A stretch of DNA of 64,000 nucleotides. Source: Callorhinchus milii. Taxonomy: Eukaryota. A program made the position numbers and the translations under genes. Of the stretch, positions 41,014 through 51,745 are shown in pieces. How positions within the stretch are numbered: the stretch's first letter is position 1; every line of letters begins with the position of its first letter. Under the pieces are notes generated by a model that was not told the DNA's origin, searched no databases, and saw nothing but the letters and a program-made list of their open reading frames with translations. The stretch is taken from positions 133,798,001 through 133,862,000 of the forward strand of contig NW_024704742.1 in assembly GCF_018977255.1 (NCBI RefSeq), given 5' to 3'.

Positions 41014-41754
41014 CACGAGATAGAATCGGTCATTCAATTCATTTGCTTGGGGGACATTACTTTGTGCGAACTGGCTGCTATGATCGCCCAAAATACACAG
41101 TCACACTACTTTAAAGTGTATCCCACAAAGTTCTGTATCAAATGCAAGGATGTATTTTTATTTATTTAAGAATTTATTTATTTTTTCTTTCGGTGTAAAG
41201 CAACAAACATTATCACAGTGTCACCCAGTTGTTGCAATGTGAGTAGCAGCCTCTTTCAAAAATGTGTGGGACTGCATTCCAAAAGGAAGGGGATATAGTT
41301 TCTTCTTAATTAATTTTTTTTTCAGCAAAGAACTTTGTTGGAGAACATTGTTGGATGAGACGTTAAACCATTTGTCTGTGAGTCAATATTCGAAAAGAGA
41401 AGGAAGTTTCTCCTAGTGTCATGGCCAACAATTGCCTCGCCCCCCACCCCTGATAAAAATTGGTCATTCTGTACGTGGATCTTTGCTGTTTGCAAATTGG
41501 CTGTCGCGTTTGCTTACAAAATACACAGTGAGTATACTCTCCGGTAAAACTCTGTGAAGCACTTTGAGACATGCTCCCTCCTGATGTAATACCACAAAAT
41601 CCATCCCTTGTTTGATTACAATCCTATTTTGTTAACAGACAATTGTTGGGTGTGTTCTGCAATATGATCTCTTACTTACATCTCACTCATCGAGTATTGT
41701 ACATACCTATTTCATCTAAGGTTACTGATGACACAGCAATGTAAGCAGATGTCC

Positions 41755-41830
41755 TATGAATAGAGCCAATAATTTCCCTCCTCTGTTTCAAGAAGTGGGC
41801 GTGTTCGATGTAAACGTCAAAGCAAGCTCT
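41755..41830 (+). promoter_or_regulatory. Candidate TATA-less promoter of the Bcl-2-family gene
   Basis: AGCCAAT (CCAAT 41766-41770), GGGCGTG GC box (~41797) and AACGTCA CRE half-site (~41813), 100-150 nt upstream of ATG 41912. Confidence 0.45.
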
Positions 41831-41911
41831 CAGAGCTAGTTCTTCCACAAAGCTGTGTTGAAAATACGGAGTCTAGACCTCTCTTGCAATCAGGTGAGTA
41901 AATTGGACGCA

Positions 41912-42385
41912 ATGAAAGGGTCCTATTTGGCTGAACAGGCGTTGAAGAATCTTATACGGATGCCTACCATTGGATCCGATGATGACCTGAAGCTGGGCTG
42001 CAGTGCTCTGGTCAAGCAGTTGATCGAGAGCAGTAGTGGGACTGTAGAGGACGGGGTAGAGGGGGCTATAGCTCCTCTGAGTGTGGATATGCTGCTGAAG
42101 GAGGCTGACCGGCTCTTGATCGAGGACATAGTGAGCGGGCTCAATCCTATGAGCGCGAGTAAAGCCAAGCTGTTCATCAGCGCCGTCTGCACCGAGCTCT
42201 TCCAGGATGACAAGAAAAATCTGGGACGTATCCTCGCCTTCCTGAGTTTCGTGAGCATTGTTGCCCAGAGGGTAATCCCAGATAGCTCTAGCCCGGAGGA
42301 CGAAGTGGCTCTGTTGTCCGACTGCGTGGCTCAGTGTCTAATCCAACACAAGCACGCCTGGATCCAACAGCAGCCCAACATCTGG
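41912..42385 (+). CDS. Bcl-2 family protein (divergent MCL1/BCL2A1-like), exon 1, 158 codons
   Basis: BH4-like DDDLKLGCSALVKQLIE, BH3-like LLKEADRL, BH1 ELFQDDKKNLGRILAFLSF, BH2 start HKHAWIQQQPNIW; GCAATGA start context; donor TGG|GTGAGT at 42386, phase 0, the usual family intron position. Confidence 0.9.
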
Positions 42386-42477
42386 GTGAGTCTCGAGACC
42401 AAGTCTCAAAACCAATAACCTCTCGCCCACATCTCTCTCCCCAACCCCCCAAGTTACAAGTCCCTTTCCTGGACTCT

Positions 42478-42801
42478 TAATAATAATAATAATAATAATC
42501 CTTGCATTTGATGTAGCGCTTTTCACGTCGGGAGGACGTCCCAAAGCGCTTCACAGAACACACTGTAAAGTGAATTGACTGTATATTTGTGGGCAAACGC
42601 GGCAGCCAATTGCGCACAGCAATGTCCCACAAACAGTCGTAGATTGAAAATGACCAATTTATTATTGTTTGGGGTTTTTGGAGGGATTATTATTAGGCGT
42701 GTGGAGTAAGGAAACTTGCCCAAGGTTTCGCCCTGCCTGGAATTGAACTCAGGTCTCTCGCTTGCAAAGCGAGTGCTCTAACCACTGAGCTACAGGACTC
42801 C
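42478..42801 (-). mobile_element. Young full-length SINE in intron 1 of the Bcl-2-like gene
   Basis: Near consensus; CTCCC loop variant. Confidence 0.95.
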
Positions 42802-44956
42802 TGTTCAGGTGGATGAACGTTAAAGATCCCCCACGGTGCTATTCACAGCGAGATGTCTCAAAGCACTTCACGGGATTTACCGTAAAGAAGCGTAATGTGG
42901 AGATCCTGTAGCTTTGTTTGAAAAGAGAAGGGAGTTTCTCCCATTTCTCCAGTGTCCCGGCTCATTCACTTCACGGCCGTTTGTGGGACATTGCTGTGCG
43001 CGAGTCGATTGCCGCATTCGTCAAAGAAATACACAGTCACTACACGTTACAGTAAATAATATTAATACTAATAGTAATCCTGCCATTTGATATAGCGCCT
43101 TTTCATGTCTTCGAGACATCTCAAAGCGCTTCACAGGATATACTGTAAAGTGAATTGACTGTATATTTTGTGGGCGAAATGCTTGGGAATGCTTTGAGAT
43201 GTCTTGCTGATTAGACAGGAAGGCACACATTGAAGATAACATAAACTGAATCAAAGGGCAAGTCAGAAAAATAAATATTGTCACACCCATTGGAATGTTT
43301 GGAATGTGGAATTCATTGTCACAGACTTATTGAGACAGAATTGGTCAAATATTTCTTGCAGTTGATACAACGCCTCATCACATTGTCGAGATGTTTCAAA
43401 TCCCCTCCCAGGTTTTACTGAAAAGGTATTTTATAAGTGTGCATTTTGTAGATCAGTCAATTTGTCCCACGAACAACCAGGAAGTAAATGACCAAATTTT
43501 ATCTGGGGTGTTTGGAACGAAGAATTCTTTATCACAAACTTGACAAAGTTGGCCAGGATACCGCGATAAAGTCCCTTCTCTTTTTGAACACTGCCATGCA
43601 GATTTTTAACATCCACCTGAACAGGCAGACGGGACCTCGATTTAACGTCTCATCCGAAAGACGGCACCTCTGACAATGCAGCACCTATGGCGCTATTCAG
43701 AAAGAGAAGGCAATTTCTGCCGGTGTTCTTTACAATTGGTTATTTGCTTCATCACTGTTAGTGGAATGTTGCTGTGTGCAAATAGGCTGCCACATGTGTC
43801 TATAAAATACACAGTCACTATACTTCATAGAAAAACATTGCGAGGTGTGGTGAAATATTGTGTCCACATGATAAGGATTTAGATTAAATGGAAGGTTTAT
43901 TGTTATTTAAGCCTACTACTCATTTCGGATTTCCTGTTCATATTCTTGCACAATTTTTGGGTGAGTTTATGAGTCACACCCCTTGGGATCATTAAAAAGG
44001 GCTAGACTGAAACTCGTGAAATAAAAGGTGTGGAGAAAAGAGGGAGAAATGGATTAAAAGATCTGAAATTAGCTGATAAACTGGTGGATCAGGCTCGATG
44101 GGCTGAATGGCCTCCGCATGTTCCTATGTTCCTTTCCATTTAAAGCTTTCAGGGCAGTAATGAAAATATGATTATTTTTTGCCTGCAAAATACACAGGTA
44201 ACTCACTTTACACTAAATCTGTAAAGCTCACTAAAACTCTGCAGTGAGAGCAAACGAGAGGGAGACAGAGCCAGACGAGAGGGTGAGCGAGCTAAAACGG
44301 ACTGTTAATTTCCTCTTTGCTGTTCCTTCTCTTTTTTATATTTATCTGTACTCTTCCTCTCTCTCTTTCTCTTTCTCTCTCTCTCTTTCAATTCCTCCAT
44401 GGACTACCTCATTCTACCTCCCACCACATCCTTCAACCCCACTGACCTGACTGCTTGCTTTACTCAGCCTGCTTCATGTCCCTCACCCTACCCGCCCCAC
44501 CAATGGTAGGCTGGCTTTCAATTATTCTGCCCTCACTTTTCTTTAGCTCCATCTCCGACTCGCTTGCTCTCTAATTTCATGCAGGGCATGTGTCAAAATG
44601 TGCCTCTTTAAGCGTTCCTTTGGTCATCTTTCCCTTCCCCACCCCACCTCGGCTCCCACCCTGCAGCTCAGTTGCCCATCTAGCTTTGTCAAGGGCTGTG
44701 AGACTTGTAGCTTTACATCTCCGAATGCTGGCGCTGACCAGGTAGCTTCCTGTCAAGGGGAGCAGAAGGTAGTTCTATCAACTGGAAGTGACATCAGTGG
44801 TGACCCAACCAACTGGAAGTGGCATCACGACAACCTTTTTGATTTGCATGCCCGTTACAAACGGGAGCCGGACGGCAGTGACATAAACCAAATGTAGTAT
44901 AAATGCACGGCAATGGTTACGGTGTAACATGTGCTTATGTTTATGTCTTCACACAG

Positions 44957-45031
44957 GGATCCTTTCCCATGATTGCCACCGGAATGTTCCTTATGAGCGG
45001 GGCGCTGATCGGTACCATTCTGTCAAAGTAA
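44957..45031 (+). CDS. Candidate terminal exon 2a of the Bcl-2-like gene: hydrophobic tail anchor GSFPMIATGMFLMSGALIGTILSK*
   Basis: Branch-like TGTAAC at 44923; acceptor GTTTATGTCTTCACACAG|; phase 0 gives W-G-S-F (BH2 WxxF), about 20 apolar residues, then Lys-stop. Confidence 0.5.
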   Translation, partial: GSFPMIATGMFLMSGALIGTILSK

Positions 45032-45239
45032 CCCCTGCAGCCTCCCCGGGGAAGTCTCCTCGGTCTCTTTGGTGAGAATCCGCCATAGCAAAAATATCGC
45101 GACGTGAAATGAATTGAACACAGAGAAATGTAACCACGTTGATTATGGTGCCACAAAAGACCGAGGTGTCAGTCTGTCTCAGTGTGTAGCAAGCTCACCT
45201 CTGAGTCGCAAGATTGTGGGTTCAAGCCCCACATCTAGA

Positions 45240-45795
45240 CTCCTCAGGCGCTGACAGCATCAGCATCCAAGGCTGCACTCTCAACCTCTCAAAGCCAGTC
45301 AGGAAACTTGGGGTTCTGATCGACCCTGAGCTGTCCTTTCTCCCTCATATCCGCACCACAACTGGCACCGCCTTCCGTCACCTCCAGAATGTCACAAGAC
45401 TACGGCACTACCTCACCCCTCACGCAGCTGAAACTCTGGTCCACGCCTTTATCACCTCAAGACTGGACTATGGGAACTCTCTCCTCGCCGGCCTTCCCGC
45501 CACCTCCCTCCACACTGCAGGTCATTCAGAACTCTGCAGCACCAGGCTTCGGGACCACATCACTCCCACCCTCGCTCGCCTCCACTGGCTCCCCATCCCC
45601 CAGAGGATCGAATTTAAGATCCTCATCCTCACCTACAAGGCCATTCACGGCCTTGCTCCCTCCTACCTCTCTGACCTACTATCCCCCTACCTACCTGCCC
45701 ATACCCTCCGTTCCTCTGGCTCCGGTCTGCTCCACATCCGCCGCCCCAACCGCCCTACCATTGGTGGCTGGGCCTTCAGCCTCTCAGCCCCGTCC
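45240..45795 (+). mobile_element. L2 3' fragment
   Basis: ORF 45214-45939: LVHAFITSRLDYGNSLL, LHWLPIPQRIEFKILILTYKA. Confidence 0.9.
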
Positions 45796-46773
45796 AACTG
45801 GGCAGGCTTCGGTTTAACGTGTTATCACACTTTAAACCGAGGCCTGCCCAGTTGGACGTTAAAGATCCGAGGGCACTATTCAAAAAGAGGAGTGAATTTC
45901 TCCAGGGATCCTGGCCAACAATTATTAGTTGGCTTTTAAAGATAGATGAGTGGGGTGGGGAGGGAAGGAGTTGAGTTGGACGTGTTGAGGAAGCCAGCTC
46001 CATATGGTGGGGGCACAGTGGCTTAATGTTTGTCTCTTGAGAGCGAGATGGTGTGGGGGAAGAGGTGCGTGGCAGACCAAGTTGAGGGGGAAAGCAGGAG
46101 GGTGAGGCTACAGAACACCAGAGCGATACGGAGGCCTTGACATATTTTTTGGTGAGGCTGAGGATATTGAAGTCCTCATGTTGGATATCGAAGAAACCTT
46201 GGAAAAGCTTCCTTACTCCACATGCCTCTGTTTACGTAGCAGTAAGTAAGAATCCGGTTGGGTGTCGATTGATAGATCACTTTCCAGGGTTAATAATCCT
46301 CCTCCTCAAAAAATCCTAAAATTTGGTCAGTCAATCCATGACTGTTTGTGGGACACTGCGGTGCATAATTACTGTCGCGTTTCAGCCACAAAATATACTG
46401 TCAATCCTCTTTATAATATATTCTGAAGTGCTTTGAGATGTCTCGACCATATAATAAGGTGCTATATGCAAGGATTATCATAGAATATTACAGCACAAAA
46501 TGAGGCCATTCAGCCCATCATGCCTGAGCCGGAAATTATTATATTATTATATTAATATTATTACATTATTATTAATCAATTCGCTAGGAGACAATGAGAC
46601 AGTGCAGCCTGTAGATGAGGGAAGAGATGGAGGAGAAGAGATAGAGCTTGTGGATGGTGAAGCTGTAAGGAGAGCATTTAGAAAGTTGAGTCTGCAGTCA
46701 ACGAGGTCTGTTTGATAAAGGAACAAAGTCCATTCTCAATAAATTTGATGTCTTTTATGTCTTTTTTTTGCAG

Positions 46774-46803
46774 GAAGCTTTTGTCTCATCGCACCTATTC
46801 TGA
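46774..46803 (+). CDS. Candidate terminal exon 2b of the Bcl-2-like gene: EAFVSSHLF* (completes BH2, no TM)
   Basis: Strong acceptor TCTTTTATGTCTTTTTTTTGCAG|; phase 0 gives W-E-A-F-V (compare W-D-G-F-V); AATAAA at 46975. Confidence 0.6.
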   Translation, partial: EAFVSSHLF

Positions 46804-46974
46804 TTCTAAGTATTGATAGCCAAGATCCTTACCCTCTAAACGCTCTAAGACAGAGATGTATATCATTCTACCTTCCGCGCACACTATTTACTCCGGATGG
46901 CACTTCTGTGTTTACGTCAGCAACTAAAGTTTAAAACAAAATCATTAGTACATCACTCATTGATGGTGCAAACA

Positions 46975-46980
46975 AATAAA
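46975..46980 (+). terminator. Candidate polyadenylation signal of the Bcl-2-like gene
   Basis: AATAAA about 170 nt after the exon 2b stop. Confidence 0.45.
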
Positions 46981-48110
46981 GAAATATGAGGGAGGATTTT
47001 TTTCGCGAACCTACACAAGATTCGTTCAGATGAAGAAGATCATTCGGCCCATTTGATCTCCTCCTTCCAGACACCCATCTTACCGTTCCCCCCCCATCAC
47101 AGCTCAACCACTCTTCTTGGTAACCTGTTCTATTTGTTAATTACTCATTGACATTGCTGCGTTCAAACTGGCTGCTGCATTTTGCCCAGAAAACACACAG
47201 TCCCAACCACTTTGCTATACTGTATATACTGTATATGTAACTGTACATATTGTGAAAAGCTTTGAGACATCTCAATGACATGATGAAGCCCTAAAGCATG
47301 ATAAACCAATGTTCGCTTCCTACTGTCTTGTTGCATCCTAAAGTATTGCTTTAGATTTACTGTTTCAATCCCATTCAAAATTGTACACACCTCAGTAATG
47401 ACCCTTGGAGTGGTGTTCTCTCAAGACTGAAGAGAGCTGGCTTGGCTCTGCTCAGTCTGAATGTTTTTGCACAGGGAATTGAAAACTTCCGCTCTCTAGT
47501 GTGCAAACATCACTGCAAGTAAACGATTAACTTCTTATCTTACTTTTGAAATTTGCCACCAGCAAAACCAAAATAACATCCTTGGTCACAAAGCTTGGAA
47601 GCACTTTACAGCTGACTAGGTGAAGGGAATGCAAATATCTCTATCAAACACACATTGTGCCCACAAATACAGAGGCACAACACATCACAGTAAAATCAAC
47701 AACAGCTTGCATTTATAACAGCGTCCTTCACACAGAATAGTGTCTCAGAGCACTGCACAGCAGTGGGATTGTACAGAAAATGCTGTGAAACCGCTTTGAG
47801 ATGTTTATCTACGTGATAAGGTGCCATATCAAATCAACATGTTATTACATCAGGGATTGGTCTTTAGTCTGACATTACACTAACTGAACTTTAAGGAGCT
47901 TTTATTTAGCACTATGTCAAATACATTCAATATTTGTTTCTGTTTTTTTACATAAACCACTAAGAATTAGTGAAGCCTCCCAGAGATTCAATAAAGAATT
48001 ATACCAATACTCCCAGGACTCATTTTAATGAACTTCTGAGTAAAAGGCGAATAACAAAATGTCACCAATGTCGCGCTTAGCAGTGCAGTTCCCCATTGAT
48101 GAGAGTTCTG

Positions 48111-48550
48111 TGTGTTGGCTCAGTGTTTCCACTCCTGCATCTGAGTCAGAAGGTTGTGGGTTCAAATCCCATGTCAGGACGTGAACTCACATTGTCTAAG
48201 ATGACATTCCAATGCAGCACTGGAGGGGGTGTAGTGTGTGGCATTGTCGGAGGTGCTGTCATTCGGATGAGATGTTGAACTCAGGTCTCATCCGCCTGTT
48301 CAGGTGGACGATAAAGATCCCATATCGCTATTTGAAAAGAGAATGCAATTTCTCCTGGTGACCTCCCCAAATAAAATTGGTCTCTCGTTTCATGGCTGTT
48401 TATGGGACATTGCAGTGGGCAATTGTGCTGCAACGTTTGCCTACAATAACACAGTCACTTCATGTCACAGTAAATCCTGTGAAGCGTTTTGAGACGTCCT
48501 TCCAACCTGATAAGGTGCCATACCAAATGCAAGGATTATTATTATTGTTG
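48111..48550 (+). mobile_element. Old full-length Deu-domain SINE (tRNA head, full Deu domain, L2 tail)
   Basis: TGGCTCAGTG..GGTTCAAATCCC head; GGAGGTGCTGTCATTCGGATGAGATGTT..CCTGTTCAGGTGGACG..AAAGATCCCAT; tail. Confidence 0.85.
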
Positions 48551-49019
48551 TTTAGCCAGACTCTGAAGGATGGGCTAATATGTATGAGTGTGTGCGTGTA
48601 TGTACGCGTACATGTGAGAGTATGCGCACACATGTTTGTGTGTGAGTGTTTATGAGCGAGAGTATATGAGCGCGAGTGTGTGAGTGTGTGTGTGTTTGTT
48701 TGTGTTTGAAGACATCAAGTGAGGGTTCAGCTGCGATGCATCCAACAACTGCACGCTGATCAGGATCGTATGAGAAACGGTCACTCAGGTGAGTTGGGAC
48801 TGTAGAGCACTGCACAAGTCAGTGTCTTCAGGACAGGAGGGAAAGAGAATTCTAAAAGCAAAATAAATCCTCAGCAGAAGGCACGGGGCCAATGGGTTAC
48901 ATGACTGTAACTCTAGGAGGGATTATAGAACCATATATATTCACAGTGCAGAAGAAGGCCATTTAGCTCATCTCTGTGCTGCCTCTGTTAAAGAGTAATC
49001 CCTCAGTTCCATTTTTTTT

Positions 49020-51230
49020 CATAGATTCATAGAATGTTACGGCACAGCAGGAGGCCATTCGGCCCATCGAGTCTGGGCCGGCTCTTTGACAGAGCAACTG
49101 ACTTTTATTAACCCCACTCACCAACTTTCTCCCCATAACCCTGCAAACCCGTCTTCTCCAGATACCTATCCAGTTCTCTCTTAAAAGCTGTTATCGAATC
49201 GGACTTCACTACCCTTTCAGGCAGATCATTCCAAATTCGAACAACTCGCTGAGTGAAAAAATTCTTCCAACCTCCCCTCTGCTTCTTTTGGTAGATATCT
49301 TAAGACTTGACCACGGGCCACAGACACACCTACCAGCGGAAACAGCTTTCCTTATCTAGCCTGTCGAAACCTTTCATGATCTTGAAAACCTCTATCAGGT
49401 CCCCGCGTAACCTTCTCTGCTCTAATGGGAAAAGTCCTAACTTCTCCAGCCTGTCCTCATAGCTAAGGTTCCCCATTCCTGGTATCATTCTCGTGAATCT
49501 CCTCTGCACCCTTTCCAGTGCCTTAATGTCCTTCCTGAAGTAAGGTGCCCAGAACTGGACGCAGTACTCCAGCTGAGGCCTAACCAGTGTTTTGTATAGA
49601 TTAACCATAACCTCCCTACTCTTATACTCTATGCCCCTACTAATAAAGCTCAGTCCACCTAATGCCTTTTTTACTGCCTTATCTACCCGTCCCACTACCT
49701 TTAATGATTCGCTTACTTGAACACCCAGATCTCTCTGTACGTTCACCCCCCTTAAGATTGAGCTACCAAGTCTATATTGCCTCCTATCATTTTTCCTACC
49801 TAAGTGTATCACTTCACACTTATCCAAATTTAAATCCATCTGCCACATGTCAGCCTATTCCACCATTCTGTGTATGTCTGCTTGCAGTTGTTACAGTCCT
49901 CCTCACCATTTACTACCCTACCTATCATCTGCAAACTTGGAAATAGTGCTCTCTATGCCCAAGTCCAGATCATTAATATATATATTAGAAAGAGCAGTGG
50001 TCCCAATACCGATCCCTGGGGGACACCGCTGCACACCTCCTTCCATTTCGAGAAACACCCATTAACCACCACCCTCTGCTTTCTGTCACTCAGCCAGTTC
50101 TTAATCCAAACTGCCACTGTCCCCTTAATACCGTGGGCCTCTAATTTTTTATTAATCTCTTATGCGGTACTGTGTCAAAAGCCTTTTTGAAATCCATGTA
50201 AATAACGTCCATCGCATTTCGCTTATCAACCCTCGCAGTCACCTCTTCAAAAAATTCTATTTGCCTTTAAGAAATCCATGTTGGCTGTCTTTAATCACCT
50301 CATGCTCCTCTAAGTAGAGATTTATTCTGTCCCGGATTATGGTCTCCAGTAGTTTTCCTATTACTGAAGTTAGGCTGACTGGCCTGTAATTTCCGGGTTT
50401 GTCTTTCTGCCCCTTTTTGTAGAGGGGGTAACATTAGCCACTCTCCAGTCTCTTGGCACCACTCCTGTGTCCAATGAAGATTGAAATATAATGGCCAAAG
50501 CCTCCGCTATTTGAACCCGTATCTCCCACAGCAACCTTGGGTGAAACCCATCTGGTCCTGGTGACTTATCAATTTTGAGCCCAGTCAATCTTTTCAGAAC
50601 TTCCTCTCTGTCTATAGTAATCTGATCTATTTCCTCTACCCTCTCATCCAATACTGCGGCATTTGGGGCATCCATTTCCGTTGTGAAGACAGATGCAAAG
50701 TACTCGTTCAGTACATCAGCCATCCCTCTGCCTCCACAACAAGATTGCCGTCATTGTCTTTGATTGGCCCCACCCTACCTTTAACTAACCTTTTTTCCTT
50801 TATGTGCTTGTAAAATATTTTAGGATTCCCCTTTATGTTACCCGCTAACCTCTTCTCATGCGATCTTTTAGCCTGTCTTATCACTCTTCTAAGATCACTC
50901 CTGCATTCTCTATAATGTGCTTTGCTATCCTCAGTATCTTGCATCTTCCAATTGTCGTACGCCATCTTCTTCTTTTTCATCCTAGACAGAATATCCCTGG
51001 TCATCCAAGCTGGTTTGGTTGTCGCACATTTCCCTTTTTGGGAATATATCTATTTAGACCTTGAGCTATCATATCTTTGAAGATCTCCCATTGCTCATGA
51101 GTCGTTTTACCTGCTAGTCTTACTTGCCAGTCCACCAACTCTAGGTCCCTTTTTAGCCCATCAAATTTGTCCTTTTCCATTCAAGCATTTTCGCCCTTGA
51201 CTGTACTTTGTCCCTGTTCATGTTCATTTA
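49020..51230 (-). mobile_element. CR1 LINE, 5'-truncated (ORF2 tether, RT, C-terminus, 3' UTR), frameshifted
   Basis: ADVLNEYFASVFT, KSPGPDGFHPRLL, WRVANVTP, LYKTLVRPQLEYCVQFWAPY and RRLRGDLIEVFKIMKGFD; tail TTCTATGAATCTATG. Confidence 0.95.
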
Positions 51231-51329
51231 CCCATCTTTTACCCCATACCCTGTAATATATTCCTTATAGATATCTATCCAATTCCTTTTTGAAAGCTAA
51301 TACGGGTTCTGCCTCAACCATCGTTCCAT

Positions 51330-51745
51330 ACCCTAACTCAGGGGTCTCCAACCAGTTGTCGTCTCATGCACGCTCAATAATTTTTGGGGTCGGTCAGGTG
51401 TCTGACACATGCGGAAACCCATCACCGTGCTTAAGAGTTTCCAAACCAAGCTGTGAGTTCCACGCCTCCCACCTACACATGGAAATCCCAGAGATAGATT
51501 GTTGGAATGGAATGCGCTCCCTCTCCCTGAAAGGGCACATCCTGCTTACTTAATTCAGAAAAGTATTAGGCGTAGGTTGGCAAGAGCCAAGGCTTGGGGA
51601 TCGCAGAGTGTGTGTTGGAGTCTGCTGGAATCTAACCAGCTAAAAACACATAGCTTACCATTGATATCGCTGTCTGGCAAGCTTGCCCATGCATGTCCAG
51701 CTAGGACCAGCCTACCTGTTAGCACTTTGCCTTTCAAAGCCCTCA
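51330..51745 (-). repeat. Unclassified dispersed repeat copy, adjacent to a CR1-like tail fragment (51230-51325)
   Basis: Reverse complement of 21720-22060. Confidence 0.8.

Noticed and set aside
41855..42418. Single-exon 187-aa ORF as called by the track
   Set aside because: It starts at GTG and reads through a canonical donor; ATG 41912 and splicing at 42385 fit the Bcl-2 family structure better.
36548..42723. Repeated ORFs such as MGKFPYST.. and ..[13 protein letters not shown].. as a gene family
   Set aside because: They are chance translations of the same SINE.
43883..43966. Donor TGG|GTGAGT at 43961 as a middle exon of the Bcl-2-like gene
   Set aside because: Candidate acceptors lie in a decayed SINE tail with no pyrimidine tract, and the peptide does not continue BH2.
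44941..45156. Minus-strand ORF with PLIRNIPVAIMGKDP, superficially like a uracil-DNA glycosylase motif
   Set aside because: Stops four codons later, has no other UDG motifs and overlaps the better-supported plus-strand exon.
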